Assembly (NCBI RefSeq): GCF_034927245.1
Contig: NZ_JAYFQK010000059.1
Span: 151 to 64,150, forward strand
Source of the DNA: Desulfitobacterium sp.
GTDB lineage: Bacteria; Bacillota; Desulfitobacteriia; Desulfitobacteriales; Desulfitobacteriaceae
Direction: 5' to 3'
DNA: 64,000 bases
Shown: one piece after another, positions 44,835 to 54,553 of the stretch
Position numbering within the stretch: the stretch's first letter is position 1
How the letters are laid out: the number at the start of each line of letters is the position of its first letter
The notes under the pieces: generated by a model
The model's database searches: none
Told to the model about the DNA's origin: nothing
What the model saw: the letters and a program-made list of their open reading frames with translations, nothing else
Translations under genes and position numbers: made by a program

Positions 44835-46943
44835 TTAGGAACTCCAGCCGATCTCAATACGATCCCCTCGATGCAGCGGGGTTGTAAACTCGCCGGATTG
44901 CCCATTCACCCTAATTCTTAAGAATTCTCCCGCTCCATTCGGTTCCGGCATAGTCATATAGGGCAAAATATCCGAAAGTATGGGTAAGTGCTCATACCCC
45001 TCAAGACGAATATCCATTCCCTCGGTCACAGGGTCTTCAGCTTTAAGAAGTTGTCCCCGGGAATAGATTTTTAATGACTTGGGTGGAAACTCGATTTCAT
45101 CACCATTGATTTGGAAGACCATAGGACTTGCCTGTAAATCTAAGTCCGCAATTTTTAGCTTGGGTTCTCGGATTTCGATTTTATCCCGGTCTTGAATAAG
45201 GGATTCTTCATTGATGAGCCGGCCATTGATGAAGATTTCCCGTTCTGCCCGATAGTCTTGCTCCTGACCACTCACCTTAAAATGGACATGATACGAATTT
45301 TCAGAAGGTATTCCTAATTCTCTTAGAAGATCTGATAAGGTTTGATTGGGATGATATTCAACTTTCCAGCCATCGATAACCTTACTATCTGCAGGAAGCT
45401 CTTGGCCGTTTACGTAAAAATGAGGAGCGAAGACCAATGGTTCTTCATTCACGATAATATTTTTCAATTCATAATCTGTGGCAATATCTTTTAAACAAAT
45501 AGCGGCGTCTTTACCAGGGACTCCTGGAATAAACGTAATCTGATCGTCCGGGGCGATAATATAATCTAAACTCACTCGTTGTTCATTGACAAAATACTGA
45601 GCAGGTTCTCCTAATGTACCCTTCACCAGCTTTACTTCGTTATTCACTTCAAAGGTTAATGCCGCTCCCGGTCTTCCCAAAAGTGTCCGAGGGATAGTTC
45701 CCGCGTATAATAATGCATCTGCCACCGTTGTCTGTTGCAGCTCTAAAATTGAAATCAGCGCATTGTTTACTCTTACTTGATAATAGCGAAGGCCCAATTC
45801 CTCCAAAGCTGAGATTCCAATACCAATCGGAGTAATAACATCAGGGCCTTTGACCCCTTGCTCCCCAAAGACGCGTTCAATTCTCTCGCGAACCTGTATT
45901 CCGACCCTGCCGAGAGGCAATTTAATCTTTTCGGCAATCATTTCACGCAATAAAGGCGTTAAGCTTCCCCCTCCAATCAGAATAACGGCTTGGGGAACAG
46001 TCTCATTCAATCTCATAATTTCTTCAACAATTTTAGTTGCTAATTCATTAACAACAGGAGAAATACAGTCCAGAACTTCATTTTGGGTTAGCTCCGTTTT
46101 TTCGCCCAGAAAGTTTGTAAAATTAAGCTTTTCACTATCTGCTAAATTACGTTTAAGAATTTCTCCCATTTGGAAATCAAGCAAATAATTCTGACAAAGC
46201 TGTTCGGTTATCTCATCACCTGCCATGGGAACCATCCCATAGGCATAAAATGTCCCCTGCTTCGTCAGCGCAACGTCAGCGGTGCCGGCTCCGATATCTA
46301 CCAATGCCAAATTCATACGGCGCATATCTTGTGGAATTACAGCTTGTCCGGCGGCAATCGGTTCTAAGGTCAAGCTCTCCATTTTAAGACCTGCCCGCTG
46401 GATAACGGTTAATAATCCATCAACAACCGTCCTCGGAAGAAAAGTCGTGATCACTTTTATCTCTGCTGTCTTGCCGCGCTGTCCGACTAAATTTGAGATC
46501 TTTTGCCCTTCTAATAAGTTCTCAATCGTTGAATACCCTACACAATGATAAGCTCCCATTTCTTCAAGACCATCAATCTCACGCAGGGCTTTTTGGACAG
46601 CCTCCATTTCTAGACTTACAACATTTTCCCGCTCCCACACCACTGGGAATAGCTCACGCCGTTCATATGATGTGACTACTGTTTTAAGAGTCCTTCCGGC
46701 TGCCGCAACAGAGACCGATGATAAAGGTTCATTAATTTTCTCTTCCAGTTCTGCTTTTATTTTCAATACAGCGCGGGCCACTTCTTCAATATCATGGATC
46801 TGTCCGTCATACATGGCTCTTTGCCGGTGCTCGGTTTGAGCACTCGCTAAAATTCTGTATCCTTCATCCTCTTTGACCATTACTAAACCCATTACCATTC
46901 TTGTGCCTATGTCCAGAGCAAAAATACGCTTCAAGCGTCTCAC
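44835..46943 (-). CDS. FtsA/PilM-like actin-fold ATPase with ~310-aa C-terminal extension of five beta-grasp-like repeats
   Basis: The N-terminus has ALDIGTRMV...DIGAGTADVAL...GGGS phosphate-binding motifs. The C-terminus has five xxN(G/E)...D.I.(I/F) modules. Confidence 0.75.
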   Translation of the reverse strand: MRRLKRIFALDIGTRMVMGLVMVKEDEGYRILASAQTEHRQRAMYDGQIHDIEEVARAVLKIKAELEEKINEPLSSVSVAAAGRTLKTVVTSYERRELFPVVWERENVVSLEMEAVQKALREIDGLEEMGAYHCVGYSTIENLLEGQKISNLVGQRGKTAEIKVITTFLPRTVVDGLLTVIQRAGLKMESLTLEPIAAGQAVIPQDMRRMNLALVDIGAGTADVALTKQGTFYAYGMVPMAGDEITEQLCQNYLLDFQMGEILKRNLADSEKLNFTNFLGEKTELTQNEVLDCISPVVNELATKIVEEIMRLNETVPQAVILIGGGSLTPLLREMIAEKIKLPLGRVGIQVRERIERVFGEQGVKGPDVITPIGIGISALEELGLRYYQVRVNNALISILELQQTTVADALLYAGTIPRTLLGRPGAALTFEVNNEVKLVKGTLGEPAQYFVNEQRVSLDYIIAPDDQITFIPGVPGKDAAICLKDIATDYELKNIIVNEEPLVFAPHFYVNGQELPADSKVIDGWKVEYHPNQTLSDLLRELGIPSENSYHVHFKVSGQEQDYRAEREIFINGRLINEESLIQDRDKIEIREPKLKIADLDLQASPMVFQINGDEIEFPPKSLKIYSRGQLLKAEDPVTEGMDIRLEGYEHLPILSDILPYMTMPEPNGAGEFLRIRVNGQSGEFTTPLHRGDRIEIGWSS

Positions 46944-47005
46944 CTCTTAGGAACATGAATTCGACTTTATCGCACCGAATTCCTTCATCTACACTAAATA
47001 GTTAA

Positions 47006-47977
47006 TTAAATAGCTAATTGACTGGCTAAATCATATAATGCCCGATTAAAAGGTTTTCGAGGTCCATAGGCAACTTCCAAAGGCAATCCAATAACTTCTT
47101 GATGAACTCGGGCCGTCATTTGATCACTTTTTCCCGCCCGCAAAAGTTCCACCGCCAGTGAACCCATTTCCGAAGCTGTAACAACATCTAGCGCTGTCGG
47201 ATTTCCTCCACGTTGTATATGACCAAGAATGGTCACCCGTGTATCAAAACCCGTTTTTCGACGGAGTTCTTCCCCGATTTGATAAGCACTGCCCGCTCCT
47301 TCGGCCACAATGATAATACTATGGTTTTTGCCGCGCTGATGTCCGCGCAGAAGCCTGGCACTCACCTCATCCAAATCCACTTTGATTTCCGGAACAATAA
47401 TAGATTCCGCTCCACAAGCAAGCCCGGCTTGAAGGGCGATACTTCCTGATTTTCTCCCCATCACTTCAACAAGGAAGGTGCGTTCATGGGAAGTAGCGGT
47501 ATCTCGGATTTTGCTCACAGCCTCAATGACTGTATTTAAAGCTGTATCAAAGCCAATCGTCAAATCCGTTCCCGGTATATCGTTGTCAATCGTAGCCGGA
47601 ATGCCAATCACCGGGACACCCTGTGCCGATAGAGTCTGTGCACCCCTAAAAGAGCCGTCACCGCCGATAACTACCAAACCATCAATACCGTGAATGTCCA
47701 ATTGTTCAGCCGCTTTCTTCTGGCCTTCGGGGGTTAGCATTTCCTCAGAGCGTGCCGTCATCAACATGGTTCCCCCGCGGTGCACAATGTCAGCTACTGT
47801 ACCCAGGCTCGCTTCACGAAACATGCCATGGATTAATCCTTCATAACCTCTCTCGATTCCAAATACCTTCAGACCATGATAAATACCCTTTCGTACGACG
47901 GCTCGGATCGCGGCATTCATTCCGGGAGCATCTCCTCCGCTCGTTAAAACAGCGATATTGTTAACTTCACCCTTCAA
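47006..47977 (-). CDS. pfkA: ATP-dependent 6-phosphofructokinase
   Basis: IAVLTSGGDAPGMNA...GGDGS...PATIDND...MGR motifs. Confidence 0.93.
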   Translation of the reverse strand: MKGEVNNIAVLTSGGDAPGMNAAIRAVVRKGIYHGLKVFGIERGYEGLIHGMFREASLGTVADIVHRGGTMLMTARSEEMLTPEGQKKAAEQLDIHGIDGLVVIGGDGSFRGAQTLSAQGVPVIGIPATIDNDIPGTDLTIGFDTALNTVIEAVSKIRDTATSHERTFLVEVMGRKSGSIALQAGLACGAESIIVPEIKVDLDEVSARLLRGHQRGKNHSIIIVAEGAGSAYQIGEELRRKTGFDTRVTILGHIQRGGNPTALDVVTASEMGSLAVELLRAGKSDQMTARVHQEVIGLPLEVAYGPRKPFNRALYDLASQLAI

Positions 47978-47988
47978 GAAATCACCCC

Positions 47989-48963
47989 TTAATCGAAATA
48001 TCCCTGTAAAATTTCAAACTTGCTTTTCCATTTTTGATCCTTCTGTATCGTTTCCTCAAACACTTTAGAAGATTTCATCATTACACTATGTGACTTCCCG
48101 AAGTATTCACCCAATTGAGGATATGACCAACCATATAGATTGCGGAGGGCATAAACAGCGAACCTTCGAGCCGCCAACGGAGCCGAAGAACGAGAATTCC
48201 CCCGAATATCCTTAGCTAATACACCTGTTAATTCACTAATGATCCGAAGGATATTGTCGGGTGTCAATTCCTCTTCTTTGCTTTTCATTCTATCCTGTAA
48301 AAAGCTTTCCCAGCATGCCATAGTCGGTTCATCGATCATCTTTTCCGCATCGTTATTTAAATATACTTCAAAATCACGGATCACTTCCTGAACTTCACGC
48401 AAATTCAAAGTCCGGTCTGCAATACTCTGAAGGATTGGCTCCGGTAGAATCAAAAAACGAGAACGGGCATATCGGTTCGCATAATCCGCTAATTCATTAT
48501 GTGTTGGCGCATTAATCGGAAGTGTCATTCCTCCCAAGAAACGGGACGACAATTTCGGGCCCAAATAACTTAACTGGTGAGGCTCTCCCTGAAAACTTAC
48601 GACAAGCTTTCCGCCATGGCTAACCAAAGCATCAAGGGTATGAAGAAGTTCCTCAAGCGTCTTCTTTTTCCCCTTAAGGATTTCAACACGGTCCAAGAGG
48701 ATCAGTTTATGGCTTCTTACATGCTGACGGAAGTCATTTAAAGAACCCTCCTGCGCAGCTAAAGCATAATTCTGGCTAAAAGTCAAAGCATCGATTAACA
48801 ATACCTGTGGTTTTTTAGACTGATGATATATTTTTCTCAGCAGCTCAGTTTTGCCAACCCCCGCGGGCCCATAGATCAGGGTTACGGGCTGGGCCAGATC
48901 CACAGCATAGTTTCGCAGTGTATCCGCTGCCAAACGGTTAAAGCAGGAGATAAACAGTTCCAA
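47989..48963 (-). CDS. DnaA paralogue lacking domains I-II (AAA+ domain III + DnaA-box-binding domain IV-like)
   Basis: GPAGVGKT Walker A, LILLDRVE in the Walker B position, an SRF box-VII-like motif and an NLREVQ sensor-II-like motif. The C-terminal RRFAVYALRNLYGWSYPQLGEYFGKSHSVMM resembles DnaA domain IV. Confidence 0.7.
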   Translation of the reverse strand: MELFISCFNRLAADTLRNYAVDLAQPVTLIYGPAGVGKTELLRKIYHQSKKPQVLLIDALTFSQNYALAAQEGSLNDFRQHVRSHKLILLDRVEILKGKKKTLEELLHTLDALVSHGGKLVVSFQGEPHQLSYLGPKLSSRFLGGMTLPINAPTHNELADYANRYARSRFLILPEPILQSIADRTLNLREVQEVIRDFEVYLNNDAEKMIDEPTMACWESFLQDRMKSKEEELTPDNILRIISELTGVLAKDIRGNSRSSAPLAARRFAVYALRNLYGWSYPQLGEYFGKSHSVMMKSSKVFEETIQKDQKWKSKFEILQGYFD

Positions 48964-48978
48964 AACTGAACTCCTCCC

Positions 48979-49854
48979 TTAATTTTTTAAGAACTCATAG
49001 CAAAGCCGAGCAGGCCTGCTCAAAACTTTATCACGTCGCGTGATCAGATAAAATCCTCTGGTGATTTTCAAGCCTCTGACATCCCGTGCTACTAAAGTCT
49101 TATCAGGCGGTTGCATCGCATTGATTGATATAAACGAGTATCCCAGTCTTGAGCGTATCGCATTTTTAACGGTTTCAGTACTGTCGGCTTCTAAGCTAAC
49201 TGTAAAATCATCCAAATGCAGATTCAATTTTAGCAAAGCCTCTTCAATCGCCCGCCGATGGCCCGAACCGTTTTCACGTAAAACCATCGCATAATCCCGA
49301 AGGTCCTGAGCTTCAATGACTTTAAGCAGATTCAAGGGATGATCCACCGGCAAAACAAGTTTAATCTGATCCGGCCTCCAAAAAACAGATTCTAGTTTAT
49401 CAGTATTGATATTAGAACCGATCACTGCAAAATCTACCTCTTGAGAGAGTACTCTTTCAGCCATTCCCGAACTATCCCCGATACTGAGCTTAAAACTGAT
49501 CTTTGGATTTTCCTTTTGGAACATCCCCAAAGTATAGGGTAATAGATATTCGCCGGGAATATGAGAGGCTCCGATATGAACTTTGCCGCTCACCTCTGCT
49601 CGAGTTTCTTCGAGATTTTCTTTAAGTTGCTGCCACTCTTCCAAGATACGTTTGGCATGATGATAAAAAACCTCACCCTCCTGGGTTAAAACAAAACCTT
49701 TACCTTGCCTTTGAAATAGTTTAACATCAAGTTTCTCTTCTAAGGAACGCATATGATTAGAAATAGCCGGTTGACTTACCCCCAGGTGACGAGCGACTAT
49801 AGTATAACTTCCTTCCTCAACAACTTGAACAAAAATACGCATGATATCTAACAT
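48979..49854 (-). CDS. LysR-family transcriptional regulator
   Basis: N-terminal HTH (SYTIVARHLGVSQPAISNHMRSLEE) and a LysR substrate-binding domain. Confidence 0.9.
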   Translation of the reverse strand: MLDIMRIFVQVVEEGSYTIVARHLGVSQPAISNHMRSLEEKLDVKLFQRQGKGFVLTQEGEVFYHHAKRILEEWQQLKENLEETRAEVSGKVHIGASHIPGEYLLPYTLGMFQKENPKISFKLSIGDSSGMAERVLSQEVDFAVIGSNINTDKLESVFWRPDQIKLVLPVDHPLNLLKVIEAQDLRDYAMVLRENGSGHRRAIEEALLKLNLHLDDFTVSLEADSTETVKNAIRSRLGYSFISINAMQPPDKTLVARDVRGLKITRGFYLITRRDKVLSRPARLCYEFLKN

Positions 49855-49948
49855 TTCTTTCCTCCAGGCGGATCAATTTCAACCCTATTTTCTGAACCGC
49901 AGGCTGCACTTCGAGTTTATCTGCAGAAATACTTATACTCCGTAGTAC

Positions 49949-49981
49949 TAAAAAGAAGGGGCTAAAATCCCTTCTTTTTAC
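49949..49981. terminator. terminator after the cyclophilin gene
   Basis: AAGAAGGG-loop-CCCTTCTT hairpin with A-run and T-run flanks. Confidence 0.65.
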
Positions 49982-50000
49982 TTCGTTTTTGAATTAAAGT

Positions 50001-50507
50001 CTATTCTTCCACAGTAACTTTACTCATCCGTTGATCTTCGCTGGGTTTATCTCGATAATCGCGCTTTACACTCACAATGCGATCGACCTCTTCCATCCCT
50101 TCAAGCACTTTTCCAAAGGAAGCATATTGCCCGTCGAGATGCGGAGAATTTTCAGCCATGATGAAGAATTGAGATCCTGCCGAATTAGGATTAGCGGTTC
50201 TAGCCATTGATATTACACCACGATCATGCTTAAGGTTGTTCTCAAAGCCATTCGCGGTAAACTCACCTCTAATGCTATACCCCGGTCCACCCGTACCATT
50301 GCCTGAAGGATCTCCGCCTTGGATCATAAAACCCGGAATGACGCGGTGAAAAATTACCCCATCATAGAATCCTTTTTTGACTAAGGAAACAAAGTTCTTA
50401 ACGGTTTCGGGAGCAATCTCCGGATAGAGTTCAATCTTTATTTTCTCTCCATTTTCCATTTCAATCGTAACGATTGGCTTTGTCGCATTTACATCCTGAG
50501 TTGTCAA
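50001..50507 (-). CDS. ppiB: cyclophilin-type peptidyl-prolyl cis-trans isomerase
   Basis: FHRVIPGFMIQGGDP...SQFFI signature. Confidence 0.9.
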   Translation of the reverse strand: MTTQDVNATKPIVTIEMENGEKIKIELYPEIAPETVKNFVSLVKKGFYDGVIFHRVIPGFMIQGGDPSGNGTGGPGYSIRGEFTANGFENNLKHDRGVISMARTANPNSAGSQFFIMAENSPHLDGQYASFGKVLEGMEEVDRIVSVKRDYRDKPSEDQRMSKVTVEE

Positions 50508-50602
50508 AACGATCCCTCCTCAAACTAATTCAATATGATTATAACCACTTTATTCTTCTTTTACCACTTTTCCGAGAGAATAATGTATTCTAAGAAGCAG
50601 AA

Positions 50603-51220
50603 TTATGACTTTGTCATCTTTGTCTTATTTCGATAATTTACGTAGAGATAAACAATGCCTGTCATAAGGACGAGGATAACCCCCCCGCGCAATAAATAAC
50701 GATGAATTAAATAAGTAACCTTCTGCCAATGAACTCCTAAAAAATGACCCAGGGTAATAAAAGTCGACGACCAAAGCGTGGCACCAATTCCGGATAAAAA
50801 GCTGTAGCGAGCATAATTGAGCTTGCTTATTCCGGAGAAGTAAGCAACAAAATGCCTGAATCCCGGGAAAAAATAACCGACAAGAATAAGCCTGTCTCCA
50901 AATTTTCGGAACCAACCCTCTACTCTTGTATACTTATTTTCATCGAAATGAAAGAAAGGCGCAATTCGATGCAGAAAAGGAATTCCCAACGTTCGGCCGA
51001 TCCAATAGCTTAGATTCATGCCAACGAAACTCCCTATACTGGCAAAAAATAATGTCTCCACAAAACTCATATGACCTGTTGTTGTTTGAAAACCACTAAA
51101 AGCCATAATAAACTCGTCAGGCACAGGAAGACCGATCATCCCCAAAGAAAGGACCAGGAAAAGCCCGTGATAACGATAGTGGTAGATTAAACTAAATAAG
51201 TAGGATTCAAGCCCGTGCAT
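50603..51220 (-). CDS. DedA-family membrane protein
   Basis: SNARE-associated/DedA pattern (...PVPDEF...GRTLG...F.PGFRHF...). Confidence 0.85.
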   Translation of the reverse strand: MHGLESYLFSLIYHYRYHGLFLVLSLGMIGLPVPDEFIMAFSGFQTTTGHMSFVETLFFASIGSFVGMNLSYWIGRTLGIPFLHRIAPFFHFDENKYTRVEGWFRKFGDRLILVGYFFPGFRHFVAYFSGISKLNYARYSFLSGIGATLWSSTFITLGHFLGVHWQKVTYLIHRYLLRGGVILVLMTGIVYLYVNYRNKTKMTKS

Positions 51221-51277
51221 ATTATTTTAGTTCCCCTCAATATTTTTTGCCCAAAGAAATTCTTCCCGATTCTTTAA

Positions 51278-51889
51278 CTATCGTTTATTGCGTTTACGAT
51301 GAGTAAAGAAATAAAAGAGTCCCGCTAAAATGAACACTCCTACAATAAAATCAAGACGATGAAATAGAGGCTTTAATGTATTCCAATTTTCGCCGAGCTT
51401 TTCTCCGACAATAATTAACATTACACACCAAGGGAAAGCACCAAGTACAGTATAAAAAGCCATCTTTAGCGGATTCATTCTGGCAATACCCGCAGGCAAA
51501 GAAATAAACGTACGAACAACGGGAAGAATCCGCCCTATAAGAACCGTGACTTCTCCATGCCTGCTAAATAAACGATCAGTCCAAGCCAGTTCTCTTTCCT
51601 TAATAAAGAAGTAATGTCCGTATTTTTTGATAAAGGGTCGTCCGCCCCAAAAGCCAACAAAATAGGCCAGAAGTCCGCCAAAGAGATTACCCGCCGTAGC
51701 TGCAATGACTGCCGGCCAAAATTGAAAATGCCCCGTAAAAACCATATACCCTGTAAAGGGCAGAATAATCTCGCTCGGTAAAGGGATACAAGCGCTTTCA
51801 ATAGCCATTGCCCAAAAAACCCCGAAATATCCCATGCTCGAGATCAAGTGTACTACAAATTGCCCCAGTTGTGTTATTATATTTTCCAA
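51278..51889 (-). CDS. DedA-family membrane protein
   Basis: ESACIPLPSEIILPFTGY...GGRPF...R.LPVVRTFISLPAG pattern. Confidence 0.85.
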   Translation of the reverse strand: MENIITQLGQFVVHLISSMGYFGVFWAMAIESACIPLPSEIILPFTGYMVFTGHFQFWPAVIAATAGNLFGGLLAYFVGFWGGRPFIKKYGHYFFIKERELAWTDRLFSRHGEVTVLIGRILPVVRTFISLPAGIARMNPLKMAFYTVLGAFPWCVMLIIVGEKLGENWNTLKPLFHRLDFIVGVFILAGLFYFFTHRKRNKR

Positions 51890-52002
51890 ACTTCTCCCTC
51901 TTTTCTCAATTCTTTAATTAAAAAGAGAAAGGGCTGTTACTCGATGAACATTTTGTTCACAGCGTAGCGGCCCCTTTTACTTCGTTATGATTGAAATACT
52001 TC

Positions 52003-53352
52003 TTATTCAACCTCAACATGTCGTAAAATCTGCTTCCGTGAAACTGATCCGTTATTAGATTCAAAAAGTACCTTCTTGCCATCGATCATTGTCTCTAACA
52101 TTGCAGCTTTGCCCCATAGTTTTTGAACGAGAAGTAAAGTTCTCTCCAAATACACAATATCAAGATCAATTCCTTCATGAGCATGTCTTAGATAGAGGAT
52201 ATGCTTACCCTCATAATCTCCGTCTATAGCCAGAATTTTAGGGTGTCCCCCATTCACTAATTGCTGAACGAGGGTATTACGGACCTTTTCCCATGCTGTA
52301 TCCGTAACTTGCCAATGAGCACCGACCTTTCGGAAACTAAAGAGATTTAACTTATCCATCAAATCCCGATCAAGATAATTGCGGATAAAGGACACATCGT
52401 TTTCTGTCTCTCTAACTTCAAATAGAAACTCCATATCCTGTTTTTCTGCGAGTGATTCCCATATCTTTACACCCAAATAATAAGGATTAAGAGATAAGCG
52501 TGAGGGCTGCACCACTTGACTGTGCATTATCGCAAAGTCCATTATCTCCTCATCCGTTAAATCGAGTTCACGCATAATCCGGGAGTGCCAAAATGTAGCC
52601 CATCCTTCATTGATAATTTTGGTCTCGATTTGAGGGAAAAAATAAAGAGACTCCTCCCGAATCATACTCACGATATCACGTTCCCATTCCTCCAGTACCG
52701 GGGAATTTTCCATGATAAAGAGCAATAAATCTTCATGTCCTTGCTTCTCTTCCGATTTTTCTTGAGACTCTTCTTCTTCCCAAAGATCTTCATAGGGAGA
52801 GGTTGGTTTCTTTTTCTTAATAATTTTCTGATCGGTATCTTTATTTTGCGCTAAATGAGCTCGAAAATCAACATGCTCTTGAATCGACAGCACAGCATCT
52901 AAAACTTGTTCAACTTTCTCTCGACCATGAGTCAGCTCATATTTACGAATTTGTTCGGCGTGTGCTGCCATTCTATCCACCATATCCCGCGGAGTACGTT
53001 TAAAGTAATGATTATTTTTAAAAAAATCAACATGCGCGTAGACATGACCGATGACCAATTTATTCTGAGTCAAACTATTTCCCTCAAGCAAAAAGGCATA
53101 TGAAGGATTGGAATTGATGACAAGTTCATATATCCGGCTTAAGTTTAAATCATACTGCATTTTTAGACGGTAAAATGCTTTACCAAAACTCCAATGCGTA
53201 AAACGCACAGGCATACCATAAGCTCCAAAGGTATAGAGTGCCTCAGCAGGGCATACTTCAAAATGAACCGGATAAAAATTCAAACCTAAATTTCTGGCAA
53301 TCACCGCAATTTCTTGGGCATAGACACCCAATTCTTTTATTTCCCGCCTCAT
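52003..53352 (-). CDS. spoVR: SpoVR-family protein
   Basis: 449 aa; the N-terminus and conserved blocks (FTHWSFGK, INEGWATFWH) are typical of SpoVR. Confidence 0.9.
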   Translation of the reverse strand: MRREIKELGVYAQEIAVIARNLGLNFYPVHFEVCPAEALYTFGAYGMPVRFTHWSFGKAFYRLKMQYDLNLSRIYELVINSNPSYAFLLEGNSLTQNKLVIGHVYAHVDFFKNNHYFKRTPRDMVDRMAAHAEQIRKYELTHGREKVEQVLDAVLSIQEHVDFRAHLAQNKDTDQKIIKKKKPTSPYEDLWEEEESQEKSEEKQGHEDLLLFIMENSPVLEEWERDIVSMIREESLYFFPQIETKIINEGWATFWHSRIMRELDLTDEEIMDFAIMHSQVVQPSRLSLNPYYLGVKIWESLAEKQDMEFLFEVRETENDVSFIRNYLDRDLMDKLNLFSFRKVGAHWQVTDTAWEKVRNTLVQQLVNGGHPKILAIDGDYEGKHILYLRHAHEGIDLDIVYLERTLLLVQKLWGKAAMLETMIDGKKVLFESNNGSVSRKQILRHVEVE

Positions 53353-53399
53353 GATTCACCCCCAAGATTGAAGCTTTTCAAAATTGAAGCTTTTGATGA

Positions 53400-54536
53400 T
53401 TAACCCTCGGAAAAAACCGTTTTCAGTGCTCCATAGACTTCATTACGATCGCGAATCGTCACAAGTCTGAGTTTGGGATCTGTAATACGTTTTAACGTTG
53501 ATATTAAGGTACTTGAATAATGAGTACGCAAAATTTCACCATACCCGACAACTTGGCTCACTGCCACAAGCCTTTGCATAAGATTTAGGGCTCTTGAGTT
53601 ATCAGAGCCAATATTGTCCCCATCCGTAAAATGAATAGGATAGATATTATAGTGTTCAGGTGGGTACTCACGCTCAATGATTTCAAGTGCTAATTGATAT
53701 ACGGATGAACAACGTGTACCTCCGCTTTCACCGCGCGTAAAAAACTCTTCTTCATTAACTTCCTTTGCTTCAGTATGATGAGCTAAAAAGCGCATCTCCA
53801 CATTTTCGTATTTTTGGCGCAAAAATCGAACCATCCAAAAAAAGAAGGTGCGGGAAATATACTTTTCAAACTGTCCCATTGACCCAGACGTATCCATCAT
53901 AGCAAAGATAACGGCGTTAGTCTCGAAATTTGGATGAGTTTCCCATGTTTTAAAACGCAAGTCATCCGGGATAATCCGCAGGTTTTCTTTTTTTCCGTCA
54001 AGCGCTTGACGCTTAATGCTTTCAATAAGCGTTCTTTTCTTATCAATATTGGCCATGAGTCCTTTTTTGCGGATATCATTAAACTCCGGTTTATCATGCG
54101 CAATTAAAGGGCGCTTTTTATCATCAAGATTGGGAAGAGATAGCTCTTCAAAAAGGATTGCTGCCAAATCATCATAGGTTATTTCTGCTTCATAAATATC
54201 TATTCCCGGTTCTTCACCTGCTCCCGGGCCCTTCCCGGCCCCAGGCTTTTTAGAAGTTTCACGCCCTAAGATATCACCTTGGGATACTTTTTTGTCAGAC
54301 TGTCCGGTATGATTTTTCTTATTAAAATCGTATCGAAACCTAAATTCTTCGAGAGATCGCATCGGTATTTTCATGGTTTTTTTTCCGTCACTAAGGATAA
54401 TGCTTTCATCAATAATCAAATCCCCGAGCTGTTGCTTGATCGCCTCGCGTACTTTTTCCTTATGACGGCCTTGGTCAAAATATCCCTTGCGATGCAAACT
54501 CCAGTCGTCCTGGCTAACAATGATCTCATCACTCAT
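53400..54536 (-). CDS. yhbH: YhbH (DUF444) sporulation protein
   Basis: 378 aa; DWSLHRKG...MMDTSGSM vWA-like MIDAS motif. The gene sits between prkA and spoVR. Confidence 0.9.
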   Translation of the reverse strand: MSDEIIVSQDDWSLHRKGYFDQGRHKEKVREAIKQQLGDLIIDESIILSDGKKTMKIPMRSLEEFRFRYDFNKKNHTGQSDKKVSQGDILGRETSKKPGAGKGPGAGEEPGIDIYEAEITYDDLAAILFEELSLPNLDDKKRPLIAHDKPEFNDIRKKGLMANIDKKRTLIESIKRQALDGKKENLRIIPDDLRFKTWETHPNFETNAVIFAMMDTSGSMGQFEKYISRTFFFWMVRFLRQKYENVEMRFLAHHTEAKEVNEEEFFTRGESGGTRCSSVYQLALEIIEREYPPEHYNIYPIHFTDGDNIGSDNSRALNLMQRLVAVSQVVGYGEILRTHYSSTLISTLKRITDPKLRLVTIRDRNEVYGALKTVFSEG

Positions 54537-54553
54537 ATCTTCTTCTCCTTCCC

